From Vermamoeba vermiformis (Eukaryota), in contig JBEWZL010000243.1 in NCBI GenBank assembly GCA_045837725.1, positions 124,001 to 188,000 of the forward strand: a stretch of 64,000 bases of DNA, given 5' to 3'. The notes under the pieces were generated by a model that saw nothing but the letters and a program-made list of their open reading frames with translations, ran no database searches and had not been told where the DNA came from. A program made the position numbers and the translations under genes. This document shows positions 36,407 to 50,598 of the stretch, in pieces (position 1 is the first letter of the stretch; each line of letters begins with the position of its first letter).

Positions 36407-39400
36407 CTAAATGTTATCGTTCTTGGGTTGGTAGAACGGCGAGTTGAATTGTTTCATTTTGTCACCCTGGTAGATCGGTGAAGTGTTGGATGTGTCAAAG
36501 GTATCGCCCAACTTCTCGAAGAAATCGTCGACTTTAGCGGCACGAGCCTTGCGGGTCAATGCAATGGCTGTGGCGACACCGGCAATGGCAGCACCGGCAG
36601 AGACCGTCAAAGCGATGGTGAGCGTGTTGTCAGGCGAAGTGCTCTCGCTAATCAAGCCCGTGTCACGCGAGTAGTTGATGGTGATGTCGTGGCTGGCATT
36701 CATCGGGCGCTTGAGCTTGTCAGTGTTGCCCAAATCGTCCACGTACACGCTGACAACTGTTGACATTTGACTGTCGGAGGGTTGGAACGTAATGGACTTG
36801 AAGTACAGCTCGTTCAAGAGACTCTGAGGGTCCGAGCAGTTGATTTTGATCGTGTTCTCATCGCTGAGGTCAACGCAAGCGGCGGGCTTGTTGCCGATAG
36901 GCTCGAAGGCACGAGGATAAGTGATGTTGAGGTTACCAGCAGTAGCGGGGATGGACACGGTGAAGTAGATCTCCTTGTTGCGCGCATCAGGGTCACCAAT
37001 GTTGAACTCTCTGAAAGTGAACGAAGGCAAGCTACCATTGCTGGGAGCAGTGATAGTGACACTGTCGTTGGCTTGGATGTAAGGAGGATCGTTGATGGGC
37101 ATGACACGAATGATGGCCTTGACGGGGCGAGCTTCACCACCTTGGTCATCGTGAGCAGTGAATGTCAACGAGGCGTAGTTTCTCTCGTCCCATTGGTCGG
37201 GAGTGGGGATGAAAACAACACGGTAAGAAGCAGGAGCGAGACTAGGAATGGCCATGGGAGTGACCAACTTCTCGCCGTAAGGTTGAGCACATACGCCATC
37301 CTCGGTGGCAGTGGGGCAGACATAGAGCTCAGCGCCAGGGGAGGCAGGGATGGGCACGCTGATGCTCGACACGATAGTCTCCAAAGGCGAGTCAATATCG
37401 GTGACAGTCCATTCGAGGATGAGGGTAGTGTCTTCGTCCATGTCAACACGACCAGGCAAAACGTTGAACTTGGGCACGATGACTGGAGGATCGTTCACAC
37501 CCAAGACGTTGATGTTCACAAAGTAGGGGATCGAGACGGCGTTTTGCTCGTCAGAAACAGTGAAGGTGAAGTTGGCGTAGCGGAGACCGAACTCATCGGG
37601 CAAGGCAATGAACGAGACGAGCAAGTCCTTGTTGACGAGGGTGTAAGGAGTGCTGGTGATCGTGACCTTGTTGCACTGCTTGTAGGAGGTAGTGCACTCC
37701 CAGAGCGTGCCAGTAGAGACTGAACGAGTGATGGTCAAAGTGAAAGGACCTTCGCTGTCAATGTCAACAACTTCAACACCGAAGTTCATCTCAATGGGCG
37801 TGTCTTCGTAAGTGGTGAAGTCCAAGATACCCTTGTAGGTAGGAGGATCGTTGACAGGAGTGACCCAAACGACACCGTCGTACTCAGAGCTGAGACCGCC
37901 AGAGGGATCGGAGACTTGGTATCGGAACACACCCAAAGGCTCAGTGGTGCTAGAAGCGTCAGGGTCAGGGAAGAACCACATGGAACGACCGTTGAAAGGA
38001 ATAACGCTGCCTGCGGTGATGGAGGTGTTTCTAGCGTACTCGAGGAAGAATGAGCCCTTGAGCACAGAGGTGATGGTGATGACCAAGCTTGAAGGCACGT
38101 TATCAACGTCACGAGGGTTGAAAGTGACTTCAATAGGAGTGTCTTCAGGAGTCTCCAAGAGAATGTCTTCAGCGGCAGGAGGATCGTTGACGGGGATGAC
38201 AATGATTTTGACAGTGTATTCAGCGAGTGATTGCGATGAGCTGTCGTTCACACGGAACTTGAAGGAAGTGAATACAGTAGTATCATCACCACTGTTGAGG
38301 CCAGCAGGAGGAGTGTAGAGAATCTCCCACGAGGTGTAGACAGGAGTGAGAACAGAGTTGACGTCCATAGTGAGGCCGCTCGCCATATTAATTAATTCAC
38401 CCTTGTCAACATTTTTCGTGATGGTCAGGGTGAAGGTGCTAGGGTCGCTGTCAACGTCATTAACAACGAATCCATTGATCTTAACGGAGGTGTCTTCGTA
38501 AGTGATGAAAGTCATGTCAACCGAGGTGGGTGGATCGTTGACAGGTGTCACAGTGATCGAGATTGTACCGAGATCATAGAACTGCGAGTCGCTAACTCGG
38601 TAGATGAAGGAGTCAGGACCGTTGTAGTTCAAGTTGGGTCTGTAGGTCACCGTCTTGGCGGGGAGGAAGCTGCCCTTGGACAATTTAGTAGCACCGTTCC
38701 AAAGAGTACCGAATGAGGGCAAAGTCTCAATGGTGACGTTGAGGCTCGAGATAGGGTCCTCGCCGTCCGACAACAATGGAGTCACATTGACGAGCAAATC
38801 AGTGTCTTCAGGAGTAGTCAATGCCTTGTCATCTCCGGTGGGCGGCAAGTTGATCAAAGTGCCATCAGCAACAATGTTGATCGTGACAGTGTAATTCGTC
38901 ACAGAGTCCAAACCGTCATTCACTTTGAAAAGGAAGGTAGTGAACGGGATACCGTTTTGGTTAATAGGCGGCAAGTAGGTAAAGTTGTGTGCTGTTGTGA
39001 GACCCACATTGCTAGGAACAGTCGTCAAGTTAGAGTTCAAGTTGGCGAGGAATCCCTTAACAGGCAAGGATTGCACGATCACGCTGATGGGATTGCCGTC
39101 CAGCGAAGTGCCGCCGAGTCTGAAGTAGATGGGCAAGTTCATTTTGGTAGTGAACTCAACGTTGGTGGAGGTAGGAGGATCAGGCACAGGTGTCACATTG
39201 ACTGTCACGGTCGAGGCTGCGACTGCTCTAGCGTTACTGGGATCCACTGCCATGTAAGTGAAGGTGACCTTTCCGTTGAAGTTGGCAGCAGGCACGAAAG
39301 TGACGGTCTGACCGGAGAGAGTAGCACCAGCAGTCACGGTCGTAGCGCCGTCCTTGAGAGTACCAGAGGTAGGCAAAGTTTGAATGTAAATTCTAAGAGT

Positions 39401-42252
39401 GCTAGGGCTATCATCGATGTCAAAGACGTGGGTGGAGAAGTCGAGCAGAATGCTGGTGTCTTCTTTCGTTGTGTTCTCAAAGTTCTCATTGGTGGGAGGA
39501 TCGTTGACTGGCAACACATTAAATGTGATGTAACCAATGTTTGAGTTGACACAGCCGTCGTTGGCTTGGTAAGTCATTGACAGCTGACCATTCCAGTTTG
39601 GAACCGTTGTTCTGATGGTGAACTGCAACGAGCTTTGATCGTAAGTGGTGCTGGTTGAAGTCACAGGCGAGTCTTGGAAAGTCAAAGCAGCGTTCGAGCC
39701 AGGCAAAGAGAGCAGCTGCACGGTCAAGGCGTTGTTCTCGGGATCAGAGACTCTGCCGTACAAGTCGAAGTCCAAAGATTCGTCTTCGTTGAACGAGTAA
39801 GTCAAGTTCAAGGCACGAGGAGGATTGTTCAAGTTGACTGCCACACCAAATGAACGGTAGCCCCAAGCAATCATGTTGACAGTGAAGATTTCAATCACAC
39901 CAAAGTCATTGACGGGGTAAGTACCAGGGTAAGTCAAAGGAGCCGTGCGTGTGGTCCATGTGCCAAGAGGTGGGTTGTAGACAACGGCAGGCATGTCTGA
40001 GCGCACCCAGTAGAGTTCGTTCCACGAAGGAGTGCTGGTGTAGAACGGATCGAATTGCACGCGCACAGTGTAGTTGCTCAACACATCGACAGCCAGCTGG
40101 GGCCAGTTGGAATACGTATCGGTCAAGGCACCGCTGTAGCCGATGGGCAAGTTGTTGATAAAGTTTTGGTAGATGTTGTACGTGGTAGTGTTGACGTTCG
40201 AGAAGAACACAGGGACGTTGTTCCAGCCAGCCATGTCAGCCATCAAACGAGCAGTGTAGTTGAACATCGGGCGGCTGGTCAACACGACGACAACACCGAA
40301 GCAAGCAGTTCGTCTCCAACCAATAGTGCTGTTGCCAGCAAAATATCTATAGGCCTCAACGACTCTGCTAGTGGGGCCCGGGACGAGGTTGTTAGGACCT
40401 GTGAAAGAGTTGGCAACAGAGTTGATGGAGGCCAGATTGTTCGTCAAGAACAGGTGCGGGTTGACACCAAGAGAAGTGCCGTTGGTCCAGAATGTACCAA
40501 AGCCTAGTCTAGCGTTCCACAAGTTGGAGATTTGGTTAAAGAAGACTGGCAATTGAGTTCTGAAATGAAGTTAGACACAAGACCTAAGCGGATCTACAGC
40601 GAGTTTGCTTACCTAATGTTATCCAAGGTGGCCGCAGACAAACCGTTCAAGTCAATAGCAACGAAGACGTCAACGTTGGGCTTGGTGGGGACCCAGACAT
40701 CAAAGTTCAAGGGCAATTTGGAGTTGACGACAGTGCTGACAAGTACCGAGTAAGTGTTGGGGTAGACGATGGAAGTGTTAGCCTTAGTAGCAGGAGTTTG
40801 ACCAATGATGACGTTGTTATTGGTCACGTTACACTTGCTAAGTGTTTGTTGACAGTCTAATACAACGAGTTAGGACCCGAAGTCAAAGACGGATGTGGAT
40901 GTGGATGCACTTACTACTAACGTTGGGGCCGGCCAAGAGGATACCACGATCACAAGGAACGTAGACGCATCGACTATTAGACGGAAGGTACTTGATTGGA
41001 ACGACGGTGCAGTCAGTGCCATTTTGGTACAGACCACGACCGTTGGATGTGGTCATGCAGATGTTTTGTCCAGTATATCGATCCCAGTTGAAGTTCTTAG
41101 TGTTGGTAATGACCAAGCGAGTGGATTCAGATTCGTCAGCGATTGACCATCCAGCAGGAATGCTAATGTATCCAAGGCAACCTGAGATCAAAGATTATTC
41201 CACTACTCTAAGAAAGAATATTGCTCGCGCCTTACCTTGGAAGTTAGAAGTACCCAGAAGACCGTAGCTGCGGCAGTTGTAGTTTCTAGTCTTGACGACT
41301 CTACCCGTCAAGCACGTATCCACAACTTCACCATTGTACACAGGAATATTCAGTGCCGTCCCATCCACCCTCAACAGTGGCATAGAAAAGGACTGGAGAA
41401 ATATAATGTCATTAGTTGAGCTTTAGAGAACAAGAGGGCGGAGATCTTACCGTCGTTATAATCTTGATCGCCCATACCAGTAAAATCTTCGAAACCGACG
41501 ATGATCTTGCCATCGATGGAGACAATGGACGTGTGTCTGAAACCATCCAAGTTTACCAAGTTGGTGCTGTTAATGGACCACCAGATGGTGTTGTTCAGAC
41601 GGTAGGTGGAGGCGTCTTGATAACCATCCTGACGCATGAAAAAGCCGATACGAGTGTTCGCAGGGAAGGGGCCAATTCTAGTGGTCAAACCAGCAGTCAT
41701 ACAACCCCTAGGAGTAACGTTGATGCCGCTTCTAGTTACATCCGGCCAGATTAAGGGAAGACCAGGAGGGGTCTAGAAATTATTAGCCAATGACTAAAAT
41801 AATGTAATTTAATACATACGTCTAAGTTTTGAGTACCCTCGTTAAAAATAAAATAACCCAGTTGGTTTCTGAAATTGGATGTTTGGGTAATGAACGTTAT
41901 GGAAATGTTCGCGTCCTGTGTAGCGCAAAGTTAGTCCGATGTCTCAACGCTAGGTGATGTATGACAGCTTACAGTGGTTAACTTGATGGAAGTTGGCGTT
42001 TGCAAAGACACCAAAGACGGATGAGGAGTGCTGCCCTCGCGGAATAAAATGGGAATAGAGTTCGAAATATTCGTTGGAATAGTGACGAAATATGAGCTCG
42101 CTAGAGTCACAGGTTGCGCTGGATGAATTAAAGTTAGTTTCACGTTAATAAATTACGAGGTAATTACAATTTGTGGGGCAAGTCCAAGTGACTTGTCCGT
42201 TAGTGCCTAAGACCAACAAGGCTACGACTAGGTAGTAAACGAACAGCTTCAT
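36407..42252 (-). CDS. Sib-like (similar to integrin beta) cell-surface adhesion receptor
   Basis: Signal peptide MKLFVYYLVVALLVLGTNG (ATG 42252); DUF4114-like IGFF..VGFEDF..GDQDYND; Cys-rich segment; vWA-like region (DVFVAIDL..LGFGTF..VVVVLT); nine ND/NNPP-initiated cadherin-like/VCBS repeats; one TM; short tail with SPIY and SPFY. Confidence 0.88.
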
Positions 42253-43512
42253 GGAAAGCTTTGTGTTTGTTTCGTTTCACTACTGATTTAGGATTGGCAA
42301 ATAACAGAAAAAAAACGGAGATAAATCCTCGTGAGAGAAATTTCGAACGTGTAGCCAATGAGTACATAACTGTCTTTTTCATCAGTCTCACAAGAGTAGA
42401 CAATGAGCACACACTATTCCCAGAGGCCGAAGTGCACAGGTCGCTTTCGAAAGGAAACATAAGCAAGCTAACCAGCGCGGTTCCGACGTTAAGCTCAGAT
42501 ATGGATTATTTGAATTCAGACAGCGACGCAGACAGCATAGGCCCGCGAGTGAGCATGTCGTACGTATATTGCAGCATATCCGCTCACTACTGGAGTGAGG
42601 CTTGTGGATTAAAGTATAGTATAGTATAGACAGTATTGGTCTATTTTATAAATAGCCAGCCAATAGTTTAATTGGATTTTGAGAAATTTCTATCGAAACC
42701 AATCCCAAAAAAAACGATGAATGGTGGTTAAGGCGATTGAATGTGCTCGTGAGAGCCAAATAAATAGGGCAAACGATCCCCCGCAACAAAGAAAAATTCC
42801 GTGCTAACACAACAAAGTTACAATGAATCCAGATTCGTATTTTACAACTCTGTGTCTCATTCATATATTTTGATTTCGTTGTAACCCAAGCTTATATATT
42901 AAAGTAAGTAAAACAATTGTTGGCGTGTGAATCAAACGTCAATCTCCGAGTGATTGGAGCTCCAATCCACTCAAAAAAGAGGACGCGTGTCCTGTACGCA
43001 GGAGATGGGAAGCAAAACTTTGCTATGGGTACCACAAGGTGAACCGGAAGAAGAGCGGACGTTGCAATTCCGCGATCTAGTACACAATGAGACAAAAAGT
43101 GAACCAATAGGACCAAAAATTTACAATTCCGTTAAAATAACATTCGATTAGGTTATCGCTACGCTACCTCCTAGCACTAGCGCGGCTCAATAACGTTGCA
43201 AAATCAGTTCGTTGCAGGAGGCTTCCTTAGTAAAATAATTATCTCCGTTGAATGCTGTGCTATGACGCATTATATAATGCGATAAACGGACGAAATTTTT
43301 GATTTGTCTGATCTGGGGACCGGTTGAATCCGCTATTTTTAGCTAAACGGATTTTTAGCAAAACTAGACAGTCTAGCTATTGATTTTGATTGTCACCAAA
43401 TACCAACTACTTGGGTCGAAATAATTGTTCGAGAAACGAACAATCGCTGTTGCCGAAATCCAACAAGAAAAACAGAAATGTTTTGGAATATTTTGAGATA
43501 CTTTGTAAAGTA

Positions 43513-45959
43513 ATGCAACAAGCAAGAAAAAGGCAAAAGCCTACAAACAATAAGAATGACGATCAACAAGCAAAGCCAAAGTTAAAGAAAATAAAGCAAA
43601 ATGGGGATGAGCAAAGACACGCGTCTTATTCTGTCCTCCATCTGCTCGTTATCTTCATTCTATTTTTAGTTGCTCGAGGATTAGCAGCTTGGCTGAATAT
43701 TATAAACGGTAACAATAAAGTCATGATAAATTGAAAAAATCAAAAAAATTATCATTCAATACCAGAATATTATTATTTAACGAAAAATTATCTATTTATA
43801 CATACTTATTATTGTTTTTAAGATTGTGATGAAAGTATGAATTACTGGGAGCCTGCACATTACCTGATGTACGGATACGGTTTGCAAACTTGGGAATATA
43901 GCCCTCAGTACGCGTTGAGGTCGTACTACTATTTGTGGCACTACATTCCTGTCGCTAAGTTGGCTTCTTTCTTTACTAGTAACAAGGTAAGCCACATCTC
44001 GTTGACATCTTCAGTGGTAGTGATTACAGCGTTCTGTAGATGCTCATCTTCTACGCGGTAAGAGCATTCTTAGCGTTAGTTAGTGCAGTAACAGACACAG
44101 CTTTGGTGTCTACCACCAAGAGAATATTCGGCAATATCATCGCCAACTTTCTTTGCCTGTTTTTGTTAGTGAGCCCAGGCATGTTCATTTCAACTACGAG
44201 TACGTAACCAATATCCATCAATTAGTTAGTGCATGACGTTTATGCCGCCAAACTAGACTTCTTGCCGAGTTCTTTCGCGATGATCTCGCTTTCCATGTCG
44301 TTGACTTTTTGGCTCCGAAAACAATGGACTTTGGCTGTAATGTTCGTTGCTTGTGCAGCAATCATCGGATGGCCTTTCTCAGCACTCGTTGGAGTAAGTA
44401 TTGCACGAGCAGTCCTTCACCTAAACAAAGCCTAATCGTTGAAACAGGCACCCTTGGCGCTACATCTGATGATCGAAGCAGGCATTGTCAAGTTGATTTC
44501 ATCAGCCTTATTGTCATTGGTAGTATTCATGGGCCCATCTATTGCAGTAGACTATTTCTACTATCAAAAGCCTGTGATTGCTATGTGGAATATTTTGACC
44601 TACAACGTATTCAACTCCCACACCGGATCTGACCTCTACGGTGTCGAGCCTTGGTATTATTACTTGTTAAACGGCTTCTTGAACTTCAATCTCGTACTTG
44701 GATTGGCATTAGTGAGCGTGCCGGTAAGTTCTGACTGCGAAGGCAAATTGTCTGTCGGATCTGACACGTGTCCTACCAGGTCGTGCTATTGTACGTGGTC
44801 AGTGGAATGCAACCGAAGAAGCCTTTCAAGGAATGGACTCAGACTTTGCTGTACTTATCGTGCTTCTACATCTGGTTCGGGTTTATGTCAGCCATCCCGC
44901 ACAAAGAAGAGCGCTTCTTGTTCGTGGTCTATCCTCACCTCTGTTTTGCCGCAGCAATTGCGTTTTATTACATTCTCTCTTTGATGCGAGGAATTACAGC
45001 AAAGCTTGGCGCAGCTGAGGTAAGTTCTATATCACGTGCACGCTCGCGTAACTAATTATTTTCAGAGTAAAAGTTACAAGTTTGGGGCACTATTCGCTAT
45101 TGTAGTCGCAGTAGCTGTAGTGTCATTGTCCTTCAGCCGTACATCCAGCATTGTCATCAACTATCGTGCACCTATCAAGCTGTTTAGTGAACTCTATGAG
45201 AAAGAGTTAACGGAGCACATTAGCGAGAAACACTTCCCTGGAGTCGACCAAGGTAATTAGAGCACATCTTGGAATAATACTTTATTTGGGCAAAGTGAAT
45301 TAATTAATCGTTCAGTGAACGTCTGCATTGGCAAGGAATGGTACAGATTTCCCACGCATTTCTTTTTGCATGAGAAATATAGGTAATTATAGCAAGATAT
45401 GGATCAGGTTAATGGTGGATTAATATGACGTTGATATACAGATTACGGTTTGTTAAGAGCTCGTTTGGTGGACAATTGCCGCAGTACTTCCATCACCCGA
45501 ATGGCACCAGCTTTATCGCTCCAAATTTTAATGACCTAAATCGAGAAGAGCCTTCGAGATACGTACGTACACGGCCTTATTTCAGCTGAATACATTTTAC
45601 CGGAAAAGGAAATTCTGAATCGCTTCAGAAACCAACATTTCTTTAGACAATTAACCGGTGCTCCGAAAACAAAAAAACGGAATTATATATATAATGTGGT
45701 ACCATATGCGACAGCTAACGTTGTGTAGGTAACGCTCGATGACTGCCATTACTTTGTGGATGTCGAGTTTGAAGGACAATTAGAGCCGCAGTTATCCTTA
45801 TTGCCGAATTGGGAGATTGTCTTCAAATACGACTTTATGAACGCAGATAGATCTCATCGATTATATCGCGCCTTCTACATTCCCAACTTGTCCGAGAAGC
45901 ATCTGACTTACGATCCGTACGTTTTGTTGAAGAATAACAAGCCAAAGGCCCAGAAATAA
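43513..45959 (+). CDS. ALG9: Alpha-1,2-mannosyltransferase (GT22)
   Basis: DCDESMNYWEPAHYL..GLQTWEYSPQYALRSY, FLPSSFAM, GWPF, YGVEPWYYY, PHKEERFLF, VCIGKEWYRFP. Confidence 0.95.
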
Positions 45960-46324
45960 ACACAGGTACGAAGTCATTGACATTTTGACATCTGCCGTAC
46001 AATTGCACTTGTTTTTGATCAAAAGAAATCGTTTCTGATCTAAATCTGAAGCCAGGCTTGAATAATCTTGCAAAGCCATATCATAACATCACGAATAGCA
46101 ATAGTTGTTTACACCTTAAAAGGATATTTCTTATTAGCGCGATTCGAACGCGTCAGATCCTTATCTCGCATGATAATGCTCAAAATTTCAGGGAAGATTC
46201 CAAGGCTTTCGATAAGCATGCAATAGTGGTTAAATTAATGCCATCGAGTGGCCATTTTAGCATATTACTATTTATTTATTCACTACACGACGCAAACAAA
46301 ATTCAAATCTGGATCCTTTCCAAA

Positions 46325-49293
46325 ATGCTGTCAGATCGGGAGCTATTTCATGCTGTCGTGAATATAGAAGATAACTCACATGTGTACGATCAATGCAAGG
46401 GACGATTACAATACTATCTTAACGAAACAGAGCAAATCTATTGCAAGTGGTACGAATCTGACAAGTACTTTGAGTACAGCGAAGAAAACCTCGACAACTT
46501 TTTGCTAAAAGAAAACCAAGATATATTGCGAGAATACAAGCACTTACTGGATACCGACAAGATTAAGACAAGATCCCGAGAAGAAATGATAAACTTCTTG
46601 AAGCGAGTGGCACCCGCCAAACTGGTTGACGGTTGTTGGCTACAAAATATATTTAAGGTACCACTAATATATATGATATTATGACATCTTTAAAGTACTA
46701 ACCCGTTGTCTCGCGAAGTCGTTGCCATCCGAGGAAGATCAATTGCGTGAGCACGTGTTCTCACACTTGATCGATATTTACATAGGTATGGCAATATTAT
46801 ATTTACCATCGATGTTAATATTAATCATGTTTATAGAGGAACTTGGTGAAGGCGATCTGAAGAAAAATCATATAAAAATTTATAAGGATCTGCTCGAGGA
46901 GATAGGGTAAGTGTTGGATTTTTTCGTACGACTGAAAGTACATATGGTTAATATTATTTCATAGTGTTCCGATGCCGGAGATTAGTTCTCGAAGTTTTAT
47001 CGAACAAACGGATCTACTTGACAGTGTTTTTGTGCCACCTTTGATCCAATTACTATTGAGTCTATTCTCTATTGATAGACTACCTGAGATATTAGGCTTC
47101 AACTTGGGTATGTACACTGCATTGTGCTCGATATCCATGATGTACTGATGACGTTTTTATTGCAGGATTCGAGCAACTTCCGCTGCACATTTTAACTACC
47201 GTCGAAGAGTTGAAACGACTTAATATCAATTCTTATTACTTCCAGTTACACATTTCCATCGATAACTTAGCTAGTGGCCACGCTGCTCGAGCCGCAACTG
47301 CAGGTACAATCTTTGGAGTTACACTTTTGGATGTGCTCTCTGACCGCTTCTCATTTAGTGAAAAAATACTTGGAATTCGTTCGCGTGAGATTTGGTGCAG
47401 AAGTTATGCAAGAACAATGGCGACGAGTGTTGATTGGATTCTTTTTGAACGAGATTAATCCCTTGAAAGAAGATCTGGAGAAACAAAACACTAGCGCTAG
47501 TGCGGCAACTAACGCTGAAGAAGCAATGATCAAGCTGATTGAGAGAAAAGCACCTTACGCCCACAACATTCACGGCCACAAGTACATTCAAAACAAGACG
47601 CTGGATGCCTGGCTCAACCCTCACGAGACCAAGAAGAACCCGAGTAACACTAAAGTGTTCTTACAAGGCTTTGTCAAGTCATTTTGGATCACGCCAGGCT
47701 ACCCCGAAGAGAGCAAGTTTCTCACTGAACTGTGCGCCTTTGGAGGTCCGATGTTCCGAGTTTTCACTGACAAAGAAATTCAAGTCGTGAAGAATTGGAT
47801 CGCTAGCTTGTCATTGTCAAAAGAAGAGCCTGTCGCCACAAGATCGGTCAATGCTGCTGAGGTCGCAAAGAAAATGCAAGAGTTGATTACAACCAAGAAG
47901 AAGCAAGCTCAATATGCGCACAGCAAAGTGTAAGCATCGCGCTTTGAACGTCTAGGGTTAAATCTAACATTAATATGACAGGAGCGGCACTAACCATAAC
48001 GGCGAGACCAAGTCGTTCAATGATTGGTTCAAAGGCGATGCCAGCACTGTGATGGAAGTGCTCAAAAAGACGTACAATCTCGAGGCTTCAAACGGTAAGT
48101 ACACGCTCATCAGACGAACGCAATAACTGACCAATCCGAGCAGAAGAAGCCAATACAAAGTTCGTCGAGTTCTTCACTAAGGGTCGCATGACATCGTACT
48201 TCAAAGCCGAGGACATTGAAGTCATCAAAGCGTGGGTCAAGTACGGCGCACCAATGCCAGACAGTACAGCCACTCAAGAACCCAATGCCGGCACTACAGA
48301 ACAACGGGAAGTGAGACCTAAAATCTCACCTGAGCTGTCACGTGCTTTGGCATTGTCAGCTCAACAGCTGCCAGCAAGTGTCAACAAATTTGACGCTGTC
48401 AAAACTCCCCTGGAGATCTTGAAAATATACGAGAAATTTAGAGTCAAGAATAGCTCCAAATATGCCACTATGTTGTCAAGCCAAGCGGATCTGTTCATCC
48501 AGAAAGAACTTAGTGTAGCTGAAGCCGCTTTGGAAGATGACAATTTCAACTTCAGATTTTCACCTGAATTGGCTAAGGAGATTCTGAAAAGCTCCATGGC
48601 TCTTGTTTATTTAATCGGTGTGTAAATTATATTTTAAATTCAATACTAACCCGAGATCTTAGGTTACAATCTGCCGTCATTCATATCTGCTGGTTTCAAC
48701 CACGGCGAGTTCTCAAATGCATTGTCGCAAGTTGTGATGAAGTTGTGGGGCTACAATATGCAGCCCAGCCTATTCTCGCACTTGTCACAGCTGAATCAGC
48801 TCGTCGAGTACGTAACTTTGTGACTTCAAAAGGAGAATTTCCTCTAACGTTAATGCAGTTCTAATGCTCGTGATGTATTGAAGCTGTCGCCTGCTGGACA
48901 ACGCGCGGCTGTTTGGACCATTGCCCTCAGCTTGCACTCCAAGAAATACATGGGTTTGTTGCTAGGCACTTTCACAGCTCAGATCAGGTACAAACTTTTT
49001 AGGGATGTCAAATGACAGGTACTAATATCTGATATAGGTGGCTGATGGCCTTGACAACCAATTTGAGTGGAGAACTCCCTGCTGCGGAGAATTTGACCGC
49101 TTTTTTGAAGGAAGTTCAGGATCTAATGTCCAACACAATAGACTGCCTGCGCGATGAAATCACGAATAAAGGACCTGGTCCTAGCGCGTCTAAGAAGGTT
49201 ATAGAACGAGTCTCGCTTTCAGAGCACATAGTCAATCGAATGATGAACAATTTGACAACTAATTTTGCTGTCACGACCATGGAGCAAGCGTGA
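46325..49293 (+). CDS. Heme-oxygenase-like diiron oxidase (iron-containing redox enzyme family) with duplicated C-terminal modules
   Basis: APAKLVDGCWL, IYIEELGEGDLKKNHIKIY, PEILGFNLGFEQLPLH, YYFQLHISIDNLASGHA, WRRV..GF, GYPEESKF..GGPMFRVFTDKEI..WI. Confidence 0.88.
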
Positions 49294-49355
49294 AAAAAAA
49301 TTGTAAAAAAGTTTATCTCTGTACACAGTAAAAGTTAAATCAATTTAAGAGCGTT

Positions 49356-50598
49356 CTAAGCTTCCAAATGCTTTAAAACCACTCGCAATACATCGGTGAT
49401 ACTGACGACACCCGTCACTTTGTTGTCGTTGTCGGTCACGTACAATCGATGAATTCTGTTCTCGCACAGGTTCTTAATAACGGTCTTGAGGGTCACATCA
49501 GACTTAACAGTGACTGGTTTGTTAGGGGTCTAGTACAACATGTCAGCATGTGCGTCAAAAGGGTGCTGGACAGAGATAAACTTACGTCAAAATCTTTTCT
49601 TGTGGCTTCCAAGAACGAGGTCAAGGATTGATATAATACTTTAACGACAGCCTTTTCTTTGGCAATCAAGCGAATATCTTTGACGCTCACGTTACCGACG
49701 ATTTGGTTGTTTTCATTAACAATTGGAACAGCGCTGATTCTCTGCATAATATTCATTAGACTTGAGGATCGCTTCGCATTATATTACTTACGTTCTTAGT
49801 CAATAAGAGAAATGCGTCCATAACAGTATTGTTCTTTTCAGGAATTGAAATTACGTGCGGGCTAATTGCGCCGAGTTCGCTGCATTTAAAAATTAATTAA
49901 ATGTGATTTAAATAGCATGATTAATGACTTACGTAATCTTGGAATTAATGATAGGACCTAATTCCGGAGAATTGTTTTCTAAAATGTCCAAAATTACTGA
50001 TTGAGTGATCAGATTGACGACTTTTCCTTGGTCGTCGATCACTGGGACTCGATGAACGCCAGAAGAGAGTGACTTCATGACGTCGTAGATGTTGGACTTA
50101 TCAGAAACGGGCAAGCAGGTGTCCAAATGCGACACATCTGATTTTTCAATTTAAGTATTTTTGGATTCATGAATGACGATCAGGAAAACTTACTTCTAAT
50201 TTGATTGGCGCTGGATACTTCGAAGACAACTTGTTTGGATCGTTGAATGATCTCGGGCAAGCTCAGTTCTTCGATTTCTTTCTTTTCAAACAAAACCACG
50301 ACGAACTTAACCAAGTCCATCATATCTACGAGACCAATGAGATTCTTTTCGTCTTCGCCAGATACAATAGGCGCGCTCAAAATGTCGAACTCGGCGAATT
50401 TCTGCAAGATAAAAAGTAAAGCATTAGATCTTGATCCGAAAAAAGATCTAGTCGAGCCCAAACTGCCAATCTAGCGGATATGTATTGGAAACTTACTTGG
50501 AGAACATCGGCAACATGATCATTTTGTGAGACTACCACAAGAAAGTCTTTTGAAGGGAATACTCCTGTGACGGGGATCTTTCGTAGAACTTCAGCCAT
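49356..50598 (-). CDS. Tandem CBS-domain protein (AMPK-gamma/SDS23-like)
   Basis: Four CBS units: ILSAPIV..IGLVD, VHRVPVIDDQGKVVNLIT, ISAVPIVNE..IVGNVS, IHRLYVTD..VTGVVSITD. Confidence 0.9.

Noticed and set aside
36767-40507. Long plus-strand ORFs (318, 195, 155 and 150 aa) opposite the Sib-like exon
   Set aside because: These are antisense shadows of a strongly codon-biased exon and show no recognisable protein features.
42261-43500. Short ORFs between the Sib-like gene and ALG9
   Set aside because: This is a divergent promoter/UTR region. The ORFs mostly have non-ATG starts and no motifs.
46058-46324. 89-aa N-terminal extension of the HDO ORF
   Set aside because: It begins at a non-ATG codon in AT-rich intergenic-like sequence. 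Family-like sequence starts at ATG 46325.
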